From NCBI GenBank assembly GCA_001798075.1, contig MGRG01000006.1:11431-75430 (forward strand): 64,000 nt of DNA. Reading direction: 5' to 3'. Within the stretch, counting starts at the first letter, position 1. Every line of letters begins with the position of its first letter. The position numbers and the translations under genes were made by a program. The notes under the pieces are model-generated. The model worked only from the letters and a program-made list of their open reading frames with translations, had not been told where the DNA came from and made no database searches. Below are positions 10,408 to 19,406 of this stretch, piece by piece. This stretch comes from Deltaproteobacteria bacterium RIFCSPHIGHO2_01_FULL_43_49. Its GTDB lineage: Bacteria > UBA10199 > SPLOWO2-01-44-7.

Positions 10408-12267
10408 ATGACCGAATCCCGAAAATATCTCTTTTGGCTGCTTTTCTTATATTGTTTCGTGCGGCTGCCTTTGATGCTTTCTCCATTGGAAGTCATTAGC
10501 GACGATGTTTATCGCGGAATGATTGCTGTAGAACTGATCGAGGGTTTAAAGCTCCCGCTTTGGGATTATGCGGCCAATCCCTATGGTGGAGGGTCTCTGC
10601 TGGCTGGTTTGTGGACAACTCCCTTTTTTCTCATCTTTGGCAAGAATTTATTTGCCTTGCGATTCGCCCCCTTTCTTTGGCACTTTTATTCGCTCATTGC
10701 TTGGTATTTTGTTTTCAAGAAATATTTTTCACCCAAACGGGTATTTCTGATTCTTTTGCTTTTTGTGATTCCTCCGCCGCGTATCACCGAATATATGCTG
10801 CTGAACAATGGATACCACTTTGAGATGCTTTTATGGATGGCCTTGTCCATTCTCCTTTTAAAGAAAGTAGTGGAAAATGCGGGTCCTGCATTTTCCCATA
10901 TTTTCCTGTTAGGACTTTTGGGAGGATTTTCTTCTTCGATGATTTTGACAAACTTGGTTACCGTTGCGGCCATTTGGATTTATTTAGTTTTTCTTAAGAA
11001 CACTCCCATTCGAAAGTCTCTTTTCTATGGCGTTTATCTTTTGGGATTTTTAACCGGTTTTGCCCCATGGCTTTTGTATAATTGGCATTACGGATGGCTG
11101 GGTCTTGACATTGTGAAACATTTCTTTGCAGTCACTCCTTTTCTCAGCTCTTTTTCAGAAGGGATTGTTTGGGTTTTTCAGCGATCTTTAAGGGGTCTGC
11201 TCGGTTTTAGAGAATTTTCCTTTTGGCTGCGCCATATTTTTACAGAAGGGTTTATTTTGACCTATCTTGTTTCCCTTGGCTTTCTTTTTTGGCGCAAAAA
11301 ATCTTTTATTGAATCTTTTGGCCTTGTCTTTCAATGTCTCATTTTGGGACTCAATCTCTTTTTTGGAATCAGGTCCAAGGAACATTATTTGTTTCCCCTT
11401 CTTCCTTTTATGGCGATGACTCTGGTGATCTTTGCCATGCGTTTCAAGCCGCTTTTGAGAACGGCCTTGCTTTTATTTCTTCTTGCCGCGGGGGTCATGG
11501 GTAACGCGAAGCTAGTTTCCCTAAAACAATTTGGTGTCTCTTTATCACGGCCAGGCTATTCCTACATCGCCTTGGGAGAGGTTTTTGATGCCTCTTTTAA
11601 ACATGATTTTTCCCTTTTTCGGGAAAAAGTGGAAACACTGATGTCGGGAAGGCCCAAGCGCGTTCAAAAGGCTTTTTATTCCGGTTTTTCTTCCCAAGCT
11701 TTCGCCATTCATGATGAGAGGGACATCCTCCCCATCCTTGATTTTATTGAGAACGCCGACTCATCCATCAAGCCGATTCTTCTTGAAAAACTGGGCATTC
11801 AATTGGGACTCTATGCCCGATTTGATTACACAATCCTACAAAATCTTTTGAGACAATTTGGAGTGAAGGAGGGTGCAATCCCGAAACTCTATGGTGGAAT
11901 TATCAAAGGGCTGAATTGGACCGATAAGAACATGGATGAGATGCTTTCGATTGCTTTTCTTTTTTGTCATCAGGTTCGCCGTGAGGCGAAACCCTTTTGT
12001 TATGAAGCGATAGGAGAACTGGTGGATCCTGGATACATTCCCTCAAAAATGACGCATCACAAAATCATTTTTTCCAAATTGGAAGATACTTACAAACCTT
12101 ATTATCTTTTGGGGCTTGGAAGATATTTTGCCTCCGAATATGCGGTTGACCCTAAGAAAGTGGAAGGTTTTCTTATCCAAATGAATATTGTAGATCCACA
12201 AGAAAGAGAACGGTTTTTTAAGGGTGTTTCTGAAGTGCTTCGTTTGGAAGAAGGACTGCCATTATGA
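10408..12267 (+). CDS. GT-C-like membrane protein, paralog 6 of 6 (long C-terminal domain)
   Basis: DDVYRG..EGLKLPLWDY and NNGYHFE motifs; C-terminal CYEAIGELVDPGY resembles CYEGIGALVEPGY of paralog 2. Confidence 0.6.
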   Translation: MTESRKYLFWLLFLYCFVRLPLMLSPLEVISDDVYRGMIAVELIEGLKLPLWDYAANPYGGGSLLAGLWTTPFFLIFGKNLFALRFAPFLWHFYSLIAWYFVFKKYFSPKRVFLILLLFVIPPPRITEYMLLNNGYHFEMLLWMALSILLLKKVVENAGPAFSHIFLLGLLGGFSSSMILTNLVTVAAIWIYLVFLKNTPIRKSLFYGVYLLGFLTGFAPWLLYNWHYGWLGLDIVKHFFAVTPFLSSFSEGIVWVFQRSLRGLLGFREFSFWLRHIFTEGFILTYLVSLGFLFWRKKSFIESFGLVFQCLILGLNLFFGIRSKEHYLFPLLPFMAMTLVIFAMRFKPLLRTALLLFLLAAGVMGNAKLVSLKQFGVSLSRPGYSYIALGEVFDASFKHDFSLFREKVETLMSGRPKRVQKAFYSGFSSQAFAIHDERDILPILDFIENADSSIKPILLEKLGIQLGLYARFDYTILQNLLRQFGVKEGAIPKLYGGIIKGLNWTDKNMDEMLSIAFLFCHQVRREAKPFCYEAIGELVDPGYIPSKMTHHKIIFSKLEDTYKPYYLLGLGRYFASEYAVDPKKVEGFLIQMNIVDPQERERFFKGVSEVLRLEEGLPL

Positions 12268-13382
12268 TTTTTAAATCCCCCAAGAAAATCGTCTTTGGCC
12301 TTTGCCTTATTTTTTTGATGATCGCCGCTTTGGAAACGGGTTTGCGGGTCGCCAACTGGTCGCTAAAATGGTTTCAACTAAAAGATATTGTCGATGAACG
12401 ATCCCACCTGCAACCCTATAAGGATAAGGAGTGGACCAAGGTTTATTTTGATGAACTTGTTGAAGCATTGGATCCTCCCGAGATGCGTTCATCAGAAGAA
12501 TTTCATGGGAAATATGTCAACATGGACGCACATGGCTATCGCAAAACATGGAACCCTGAACGCTCCGGACAGAAAACACCCAAAACGATTTATGTCTTTG
12601 GCGGTTCCACCATCTGGGGAGACGGGGCGCGAGATAATTATACGATTCCTTCTTATCTGTCGAAAAAACTCCTTAGTGAAGGTTACAATTTTGTCGTTCA
12701 TAATTATGGAAAAACTTCATTTGCAACCAGACACGAGCTGGATTTGTTAATGCGCCTGTTGAAGGATGGCCACAAACCCGACTACGTTGTTTTTTACGAT
12801 GGTTTTAACGATGTGCTGAATGCTTACCAAATGGAAAGCTTCAATGTGAATTCCAGTCCACCCGTTGTGAAAACTTCTCAATGGGCCTCTTTTAAAAATC
12901 TGGTCCAGGAAAATTCGATGGTTTATACGGTTATTACAAGTGCGCTTGCTTCATTCGATTCGGAAGGTATTATGGCAACGTACCCATCGTCAAGATATAG
13001 TGATGAACAACTTGGGGCTTTTGCCAAGCTTTTTGTCGAATATTATGGAAATTTTGTTGAATCGTTGGATCATCTCTCCCATGAGTTTGGCTTCCAATAT
13101 CTTTTGTTTTGGCAGCCGGTCATTTTTACGGAGACAGGACTGGTGGCGGAAGAAAAAGAGATCATTGACCAATCCTTCAATAACAAAGCCTTTGGCAAAT
13201 TCTATCGCGCTGTTCATGCTGTTTTGCAGAAGAACCCCCCTCGGCATTTTTTTAATCTTTCAGATATCCTTCAAGAAAGAAAAGAAATGGTTTATACCGA
13301 CTGGTGCCATCTGTCGGAGGAGGGAAATGAGATTGTTGCCAGGCGGATTGTGAAAATTTTTAGGAAAGAGTTTTTGAAATGA
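12264..13382 (+). CDS. Membrane-anchored SGNH/GDSL hydrolase, paralog 1 of 4
   Basis: N-terminal TM segment; blocks GGSTIWG, NYG, DGFND, DWCHL. Confidence 0.85.
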   Translation: MIFKSPKKIVFGLCLIFLMIAALETGLRVANWSLKWFQLKDIVDERSHLQPYKDKEWTKVYFDELVEALDPPEMRSSEEFHGKYVNMDAHGYRKTWNPERSGQKTPKTIYVFGGSTIWGDGARDNYTIPSYLSKKLLSEGYNFVVHNYGKTSFATRHELDLLMRLLKDGHKPDYVVFYDGFNDVLNAYQMESFNVNSSPPVVKTSQWASFKNLVQENSMVYTVITSALASFDSEGIMATYPSSRYSDEQLGAFAKLFVEYYGNFVESLDHLSHEFGFQYLLFWQPVIFTETGLVAEEKEIIDQSFNNKAFGKFYRAVHAVLQKNPPRHFFNLSDILQERKEMVYTDWCHLSEEGNEIVARRIVKIFRKEFLK

Positions 13383-14525
13383 AACGCCTCTTTTTTTTGA
13401 CCTCGACACTATTTTTGATGCTTGTTGTTATTGAGAGCGGATTGCATTTAGCCACTTTTGTCTTGCGCGCTTTTTTTGAGGGGGGGGGGTGCCCTACAGG
13501 AAGAGGCCTTTTTCAAAATCTACCAGGGAAAGGAATGGGCAAAAACCTTGTCTTTGGAGATGGAGCAAGCGAATTCTCTAGACTTTGAGCCGTTTCGGGG
13601 TTGGCGGACCAAAGAGTTTCATGGGAAGTATATTAACGTTGATTCATGGGGTGTCAGGAAAACTTGGAATCCAAGAAACTTTCAAGGCAGGCAGCCAAAA
13701 ACAATTTACCTGTTTGGGGGTTCAACAGCTTGGGGATTTGGCGCAAGGGATGACTATACGATTCCTTCCCTCCTGTCCAAGCTGCTTGCTAAAAAGGGTC
13801 ATTCCTTTGTTGTCCATAATTATGCCGAAGTGGCCCACACTTTTGGCCAAAATCTGTTGCGCTTGGCCTTGTTGCTAAGAGAGGGTTACCAACCCGACTA
13901 TGTCATTTTTTATGTGGGTCTTAATGACGTTGCGACTGCCTATGAATTTGGCGTCGCCGGCGCAGTCAACGATTTTTTTAGGATCGAAGAAATTTTGGAG
14001 CATCACTCGCTGTCGCATTGGCAAAATATTTGGATAGGGGTGAAGGGGTTGATTGCCGATCGTAGTCGGATTTATCAGGCGGTCTCAAGGATTCGAAACC
14101 GCTCTTTAAAACCGGGTTTTGAAAGGTGGAAGGCAGAAGGCTATACGGAGGAACAATTAAAAAAGTTGAGCGGTGACATTAGAAAAGAGTATGAAAAATC
14201 CATCCAGTTTTTGGACCATTTGGCGAAGGCCTACTCCTTCAAATATCTTGTTTTTTGGCAACCAGTTATTTACACCAAAAAGGTGATCCATGAATACGAG
14301 AAGATGGAATATATCCCTGAAAATGAAAGGACGTTAGCCAGGCTCTATCTGTTGACAACCGATGGACTTGGGGGCGATGGATTTTCCCAATTTTTCAACA
14401 TTACCCATATTCTGGATGACAAGAGAGAATCCTATTACTTGGATTCCGGTCATTTATCCGAGGAAGGCAATGCAGTCGCAGCCGAAAAGGTTGTGGATGT
14501 TTTTGAAAAGGAGTTTTTAAAATGA
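13379..14525 (+). pseudogene. SGNH hydrolase paralog 2 of 4, frameshifted at a G10 tract (phase-variable or sequencing error)
   Basis: TM anchor is in the 13379 frame and the catalytic part (GGSTAWG, GLND, DSGHL) in the 13458 frame; removing one G from 13480-13489 fuses them (FFEGGGALQEE). Confidence 0.8.
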
Positions 14526-15682
14526 GTCCCGAAACCAAAAGAAATCTTAAATTTGCTCTTTCTGCAATATTCTTATTTTTTATTCTAGTTGAATTAGGGT
14601 TGCATGGTGCCCGGTTTTTATATCGCTTATGGAAGCCCAGCGACGTTTGGAAAGGATCCTATATATGGTCATCTTATGAGGGGAAGGAGTGGGTCAATGG
14701 GTTATTTAAAGAAACAATCGAGGCGACAACAAGGGGTTACAACATATTTTTTACTTTGTGGGGTGGTAGTGAGTATCGTGGGAAATATGTCAACATCGAT
14801 TCTCTAGGGTTTCGCAAGACTTGGCATCCCACAGGGGAACCCTTAGGGAAGACTAAAACGATTTATGTACTGGGTGCCTCAACCACATGGGGGGTGGGGG
14901 CGAGGGATGACTATACGATTCCTTCCCATCTAGCCAAGATCCTCAACAAAGATGGATATCGCTACGAGGTTTATAATTATGGCACCCCTGCCTCTACATT
15001 TATTCAAGAATTAACCCATTTGGCCCTCCTACTTAGAGAAGACCATAAGCCGGATTACGTTATTTTTTATATTGGATTCAATCGTATTTTAGAGGCTTAT
15101 CAAAGAGGCCCTAAAGCGATGGGCGGACTTACCAACCTCGGTGAAAAACTGGAAATACAATCCGACTGGGATCATATTTGGGTGGGCCTAACAGGAATTT
15201 TTAGAAGACATTGCATGATCTGCAAGACAGTAAAAAGAACGAGTGCCTTTTTGCAACGTAGTAAGAAGGATTTAGAAGAAGTGAGTTCAGAATATGATGA
15301 GGAAGAAGCCAAAGAAGTTGCTCGCGAAATTGTAGAATATCGCTTAAGGACTATAGAGCTTTTAGATAATTTATCCAAGGCCTATGGTTTCAAGTATGCA
15401 ATTTTTTGGCAACCTTCCATTTTTACAGAGGAGAGACTTTTAAAAGAGGAAGAGAAGGCTGGAATAAATCCAAGTTTTTACGAGGGGGATTTGGCGAGAG
15501 TTTTTAAATATGCCATCAGACGGCTCAATCAAAAATCTGTGCCCCACTTTTATGATCTGTCTCAAGCGCTCAGGGGAAGACAAAAACCCTATTATATCGA
15601 TTTTGTGCATCTGAATGAGGAGGGAAACGAAATTATCGCGGAAAAAATGGGAGAAATTTTTGAAAAGGAGTTCTTAAAATGA
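14522..15682 (+). CDS. SGNH hydrolase paralog 3 of 4
   Basis: GASTTWG, NYG, GFN and DFVHL blocks; ends KEFLK like the others. Confidence 0.85.
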   Translation: MSPETKRNLKFALSAIFLFFILVELGLHGARFLYRLWKPSDVWKGSYIWSSYEGKEWVNGLFKETIEATTRGYNIFFTLWGGSEYRGKYVNIDSLGFRKTWHPTGEPLGKTKTIYVLGASTTWGVGARDDYTIPSHLAKILNKDGYRYEVYNYGTPASTFIQELTHLALLLREDHKPDYVIFYIGFNRILEAYQRGPKAMGGLTNLGEKLEIQSDWDHIWVGLTGIFRRHCMICKTVKRTSAFLQRSKKDLEEVSSEYDEEEAKEVAREIVEYRLRTIELLDNLSKAYGFKYAIFWQPSIFTEERLLKEEEKAGINPSFYEGDLARVFKYAIRRLNQKSVPHFYDLSQALRGRQKPYYIDFVHLNEEGNEIIAEKMGEIFEKEFLK

Positions 15683-16833
15683 AACGATTTGTTTTTTCTG
15701 TGGCAGCGGTTTTTTTAATGATTGTTTTTGTTGAGGGAGGGCTTCGCATTGCTTCTTTGGTCATGTGGCATTTTCAAAAAGAGATTGAGGGAAAAAAAGA
15801 TCCTTATGCGGAACTGTTTTTTTTCATTTATAAAGATAAGGATTGGGCCAAGGATCATTTTAAGGAGCTGGAGGAAGCCCAAAAAGCCGATTATGAATCA
15901 TTGAATCTCTGGATTGGACAAGAATTTCATGGCAAGTATGTCAATATTGATTCGAGGGGCCTAAGAAAGACTTGGAATCCGGAAAGTTTCGGCGGCAAGG
16001 AACCAAAAAAAGCTTATGTCTTTGGGGGCTCCACCATTTGGGGGTCTGGCGCCAGAGACGACTATACCATTCCATCCCTTTTGTCCAAACAACTCAATGC
16101 AAGAGAACCCTCCTATATTGTTACGAACTACGGCCAGGGTGCCTACACCTTTTTTCAGCAGATTTTTCATCTCCTCCTCTTGTTAAGGGAAGGTCAAAGA
16201 CCCGACTATGTCATTTTTTATTCGGGGGCCAATGATGTTTTGGTAACTTATCAAAATGGAAAGGCGGATGTCACGAACGGTCCGACCAATTTACAAAATA
16301 TCGAAGAGGGAACAACTCATGGAGAAGAAATATTAAATGGAATTAAAGGATTGTTATACGATCATAGCAAGATTTACAGGGCCCTTCTTCGCATTGTTAC
16401 GTTGTTTGTTCCTCCAACAGAGGCTGATGCCGCTCCCAAATATGATGAGACATTTTTAACGTCATTGACCAAAGACTTTGTTGAATTCTACGCCAAGTCT
16501 CATGACTTGCTGGATCATTTGTCGAAGATTTACCATTTTCAATATCTCTCCTTTTGGCAACCCATCTTGTTTACGAAACAAGATCCAACGGAAGAAGAAA
16601 CGAAGCTGATGAGAGACCCCCGTTTTTTTGATAACGAGACTTTGGCGGATCTCTATCGAAAAATTGGCCGTGAGCTTCCCAAAAAAGGTTTCCCCCATTT
16701 TTTTAAAGTTTCCCATGTGATATGGGGAAATGGCAATTCTCAATTCCTGGACTGGTGCCACCTCTCCGAAGAGGGGAACGAAATTATCGCCAAAAAGATG
16801 GCAGAAATTTTTGAAAAGGAGTTTTTAAAATAG
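15679..16833 (+). CDS. SGNH hydrolase paralog 4 of 4
   Basis: GGSTIWG, NYG, GAND and DWCHL blocks; ends KEFLK. Confidence 0.85.
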   Translation: MKRFVFSVAAVFLMIVFVEGGLRIASLVMWHFQKEIEGKKDPYAELFFFIYKDKDWAKDHFKELEEAQKADYESLNLWIGQEFHGKYVNIDSRGLRKTWNPESFGGKEPKKAYVFGGSTIWGSGARDDYTIPSLLSKQLNAREPSYIVTNYGQGAYTFFQQIFHLLLLLREGQRPDYVIFYSGANDVLVTYQNGKADVTNGPTNLQNIEEGTTHGEEILNGIKGLLYDHSKIYRALLRIVTLFVPPTEADAAPKYDETFLTSLTKDFVEFYAKSHDLLDHLSKIYHFQYLSFWQPILFTKQDPTEEETKLMRDPRFFDNETLADLYRKIGRELPKKGFPHFFKVSHVIWGNGNSQFLDWCHLSEEGNEIIAKKMAEIFEKEFLK

Positions 16834-17697
16834 ATTTTTTTCGAGAAAGTCGACAGCACTCCCATCCGGCAGGAAGGTGAATTCATAACAGGGGATATCG
16901 GTTGCGATTTGGGAGGCCATATCCAATGCGTGATTCCTTTTTGAAAGATTCCACAAAACCGGAAAACTCATGGCAAAGACTTTGGCCGCGGCGGTGGCGG
17001 GGTTTATCGGTGTTATTTCATTTTGTTTTCCATGTTTTAGAAAGAATATTTTTTTCAATGGAAAGGAAGCCGGGGAATAAACCTTGGCGTCCCCATGCCA
17101 GGGAGTTCCAAAAAGGCGCCAGTTTTTTTCCTGTTTGGCAATGATCAAACGATCATCGCTTAAGCGAAGATGCTTAGAGTATTTTCCAAACAACCGAGTC
17201 AAAGTGGTTTTCCCCCAGCCGGAATGACCCAGGAAGGCATACCCAAAATCGTCCACTCCAACGCCACAAGAGTGGGTAATGAGTGCAGGGTAAAAAGAGA
17301 GCCAATAGAAAAATAAAAGTTGATCCAAAGGATGAGTAAAAACAGGAAGTACCTGGCGACAATAGGAACCTCTTTTACTTAAAAAAATAGTTCCCCGTAG
17401 TTCTTCTTTTTCCAAACAGAGCCAACCCCACGCCTCACCCGCTGCCAAAGAAGGTCTGCGATACCAGAGTTGTTTATTTTTTTGAAAAAGTGTCCAACTC
17501 TCACAGGTGTCATAGATGAGCTCCAAACCGTTCAAAGAGGGGAAAGGGCTATATTGAATGTCAAGCTTCCAATTGGTAGGTTGATTATGAGAGGGGACAA
17601 AAGGCTCATAAGCGAAGGGAAGTTTTAACAGAGGTTTGTCGAAGTCGGCGTGAATTAAAACACGCCAATTTGCAATCTGAAGCGAGAGGTTTTGCAC
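16825..17697 (-). CDS. HPr-kinase-related P-loop kinase
   Basis: HSCGV..AFLGHSGWGKTT (P-loop), LSDD and GTPWHG motifs typical of PqqD-associated HprK-like kinases. Confidence 0.75.
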   Translation of the reverse strand: MQNLSLQIANWRVLIHADFDKPLLKLPFAYEPFVPSHNQPTNWKLDIQYSPFPSLNGLELIYDTCESWTLFQKNKQLWYRRPSLAAGEAWGWLCLEKEELRGTIFLSKRGSYCRQVLPVFTHPLDQLLFFYWLSFYPALITHSCGVGVDDFGYAFLGHSGWGKTTLTRLFGKYSKHLRLSDDRLIIAKQEKNWRLFGTPWHGDAKVYSPASFPLKKIFFLKHGKQNEITPINPATAAAKVFAMSFPVLWNLSKRNHALDMASQIATDIPCYEFTFLPDGSAVDFLEKNLF

Positions 17698-17705
17698 AGA
17701 ATTAC

Positions 17706-17876
17706 TTAGGAACCACGGGTACGATTAGTGCAACTGGTTCTGGCACTGTTACAAAGGTTTCCCCTTCCGCTGCCTGTAGAGAGTTTGCAAGAGGCCACGA
17801 GGGCTTCTTCAACCACCAGACGAATTCTCGTCAATGAGGGAGGTTGGTAAGGTTTTTTGGAAGCTGTTTGGCTCAT
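17706..17876 (-). CDS. Putative RiPP precursor peptide, 56 aa: MSQTASKKPYQPPSLTRIRLVVEEALVASCKLSTGSGRGNLCNSARTSCTNRTRGS
   Basis: Manual translation (below the ORF-track cutoff). KKPYQPPSL matches the YxxPxL RRE-binding leader motif; small-residue core with Cys30/42/49; lies between the SPASM enzyme and kinase genes on the same strand. Confidence 0.85.
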   Translation of the reverse strand: MSQTASKKPYQPPSLTRIRLVVEEALVASCKLSTGSGRGNLCNSARTSCTNRTRGS

Positions 17877-19140
17877 GCTGTTCTTTCTTACAACAACCGG
17901 TCCCTTTGTTGCAACTAGATTTTTGTGTGGCGGCTTTATCCATGGAGGGGAGAAGGAGCCCGCCTAAGCTGTGAAAACCCTCATCAGGCACTTTTGTTTC
18001 CGGGAAGGTTTTCCCCTCCGCGATTTTTTTATACATCATGCTGTGGCTAAACAGTTTGGGATCTGTTCCAAAGGCCATGGCGCGGCGGTGGGTCACCTCG
18101 CACATCCAGTCGACAGGGGTTTCCAAATCCCCATGAACAGTTTGAGCCCATCCGGCACACATGTCGCAGACATCCCAAAGGTTGCAGGGGTGGCAGCGCT
18201 GTGGCCTTTTAGGTCTAGTGTTGGTGATTGTCGGGAAAAATTCATAGAAGGCTTCTTTGAGATTTCCACCATTTTTCCAGTCGTATTGGTATTCTTTTCC
18301 GGGAACGATGGTGCAGACCTGGAGTTTGCCATAAGGGTTGCAAAAAAAGTTGGCTTGCCCGGCCCCGCAGTGAAAGTTGCGCACCTCTTCTGGCAAGCGC
18401 GCCTTTAAAGGCCTTTGAAATTGTTTTTCAAAGTCTTTTTTTCTCTGCTCATCAGCCATGTCGAACTCTAACACCTCTTTGGGGGTCAGGCGATGGCTCA
18501 AAGGAATATCAGAACCATTCAACTTGGGATGCAAAGCCGCATCGATGCGAAAGTCTTTTTGGCCGTGGCTTATGGAAATTTTTTTGCAGGCATGGACTTC
18601 ATTTTTGTTGATATCCAGGATGACCGTTTTGAGTTTGAAGGGAACCTTGTATTTTTCCAGCCATTCAATCCCTTCCATACAGCGCTTAAAAGAGCCTTTG
18701 ACTTGAGTTACCTTTTCGTAAGTCGCTTCCGTTGCCCCATAAAGGGTAATTTCAATCAAGAAAGGGGGGTTCTTCGCAAAAAACTGGGCCCATTTTTCAT
18801 GGATCAGATTGCCGCTGGTATAAACGGTGATCCATAAACCTCTTTTTTTGGCGTGGGTATAGACTTTTTTGAAGACATCTCCTCTGAGCATCGGGTCCCC
18901 ACCGGTAATTAAAAGTTCGATGGTTCCCAAATCGGCCGCTTCATCGATCAGTCTGCACCATTCAATGGCTGTCATTTCCTGATCGGCATACTGATTGCAG
19001 GCGGTATAGCAGTGTTTGCATTTCAGGACACAGCGAAAGGTCAGCTCAAAGACGGCTTCCACCGGCATCCTTCCATCTTTGGCCTTGGCAATGGCCCGAT
19101 CGGCAAAGTCGTGGTAGTTTGTCTCCTGAATCGCTCCCAT
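17809..19140 (-). CDS. Radical SAM/SPASM peptide maturase
   Basis: CVLKCKHC (CxxxCxxC), TGGDP, SPASM cysteines CGAG...LQVC...CHPCNLWDVCDMC...WMC. Confidence 0.92.
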   Translation of the reverse strand: MGAIQETNYHDFADRAIAKAKDGRMPVEAVFELTFRCVLKCKHCYTACNQYADQEMTAIEWCRLIDEAADLGTIELLITGGDPMLRGDVFKKVYTHAKKRGLWITVYTSGNLIHEKWAQFFAKNPPFLIEITLYGATEATYEKVTQVKGSFKRCMEGIEWLEKYKVPFKLKTVILDINKNEVHACKKISISHGQKDFRIDAALHPKLNGSDIPLSHRLTPKEVLEFDMADEQRKKDFEKQFQRPLKARLPEEVRNFHCGAGQANFFCNPYGKLQVCTIVPGKEYQYDWKNGGNLKEAFYEFFPTITNTRPKRPQRCHPCNLWDVCDMCAGWAQTVHGDLETPVDWMCEVTHRRAMAFGTDPKLFSHSMMYKKIAEGKTFPETKVPDEGFHSLGGLLLPSMDKAATQKSSCNKGTGCCKKEQHEPNSFQKTLPTSLIDENSSGG

Positions 19141-19406
19141 CAGGCCTCCTTGAAAGAAATCAGATCACAACGTTTCAACTCTTTTAAAAAACCATGGACA
19201 TCTTTTTTTGCCCGCTCCGGTTCAATCTCGAACTCGTCTGTAATTTTTTTGACAATATTGTCAAACGTTTCCGTTTGAGAGAAGCTTTCCCAAATACAGG
19301 ACCCCACTTCGTTGAGTTCTATCATGGAATCACTATCCAAATCGATCAGAAAGAGAGTTCCTTCGATCCTTTTGGAATGGACATTGGAGTTTTTGACAAC
19401 AATCAT
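19140..19406 (-). CDS. PqqD family / RiPP recognition element
   Basis: ELNEVGSCIWESF...IVKKITDEFEIEPERAKKDVHGFLKEL; TAATG coupling with the upstream gene puts the start at 19406. Confidence 0.9.
   Translation of the reverse strand: MIVVKNSNVHSKRIEGTLFLIDLDSDSMIELNEVGSCIWESFSQTETFDNIVKKITDEFEIEPERAKKDVHGFLKELKRCDLISFKEA

Noticed and set aside
13379-13588. 69-aa ORF as an independent gene
   Set aside because: It is the N-terminal anchor of the frameshifted SGNH copy 2.
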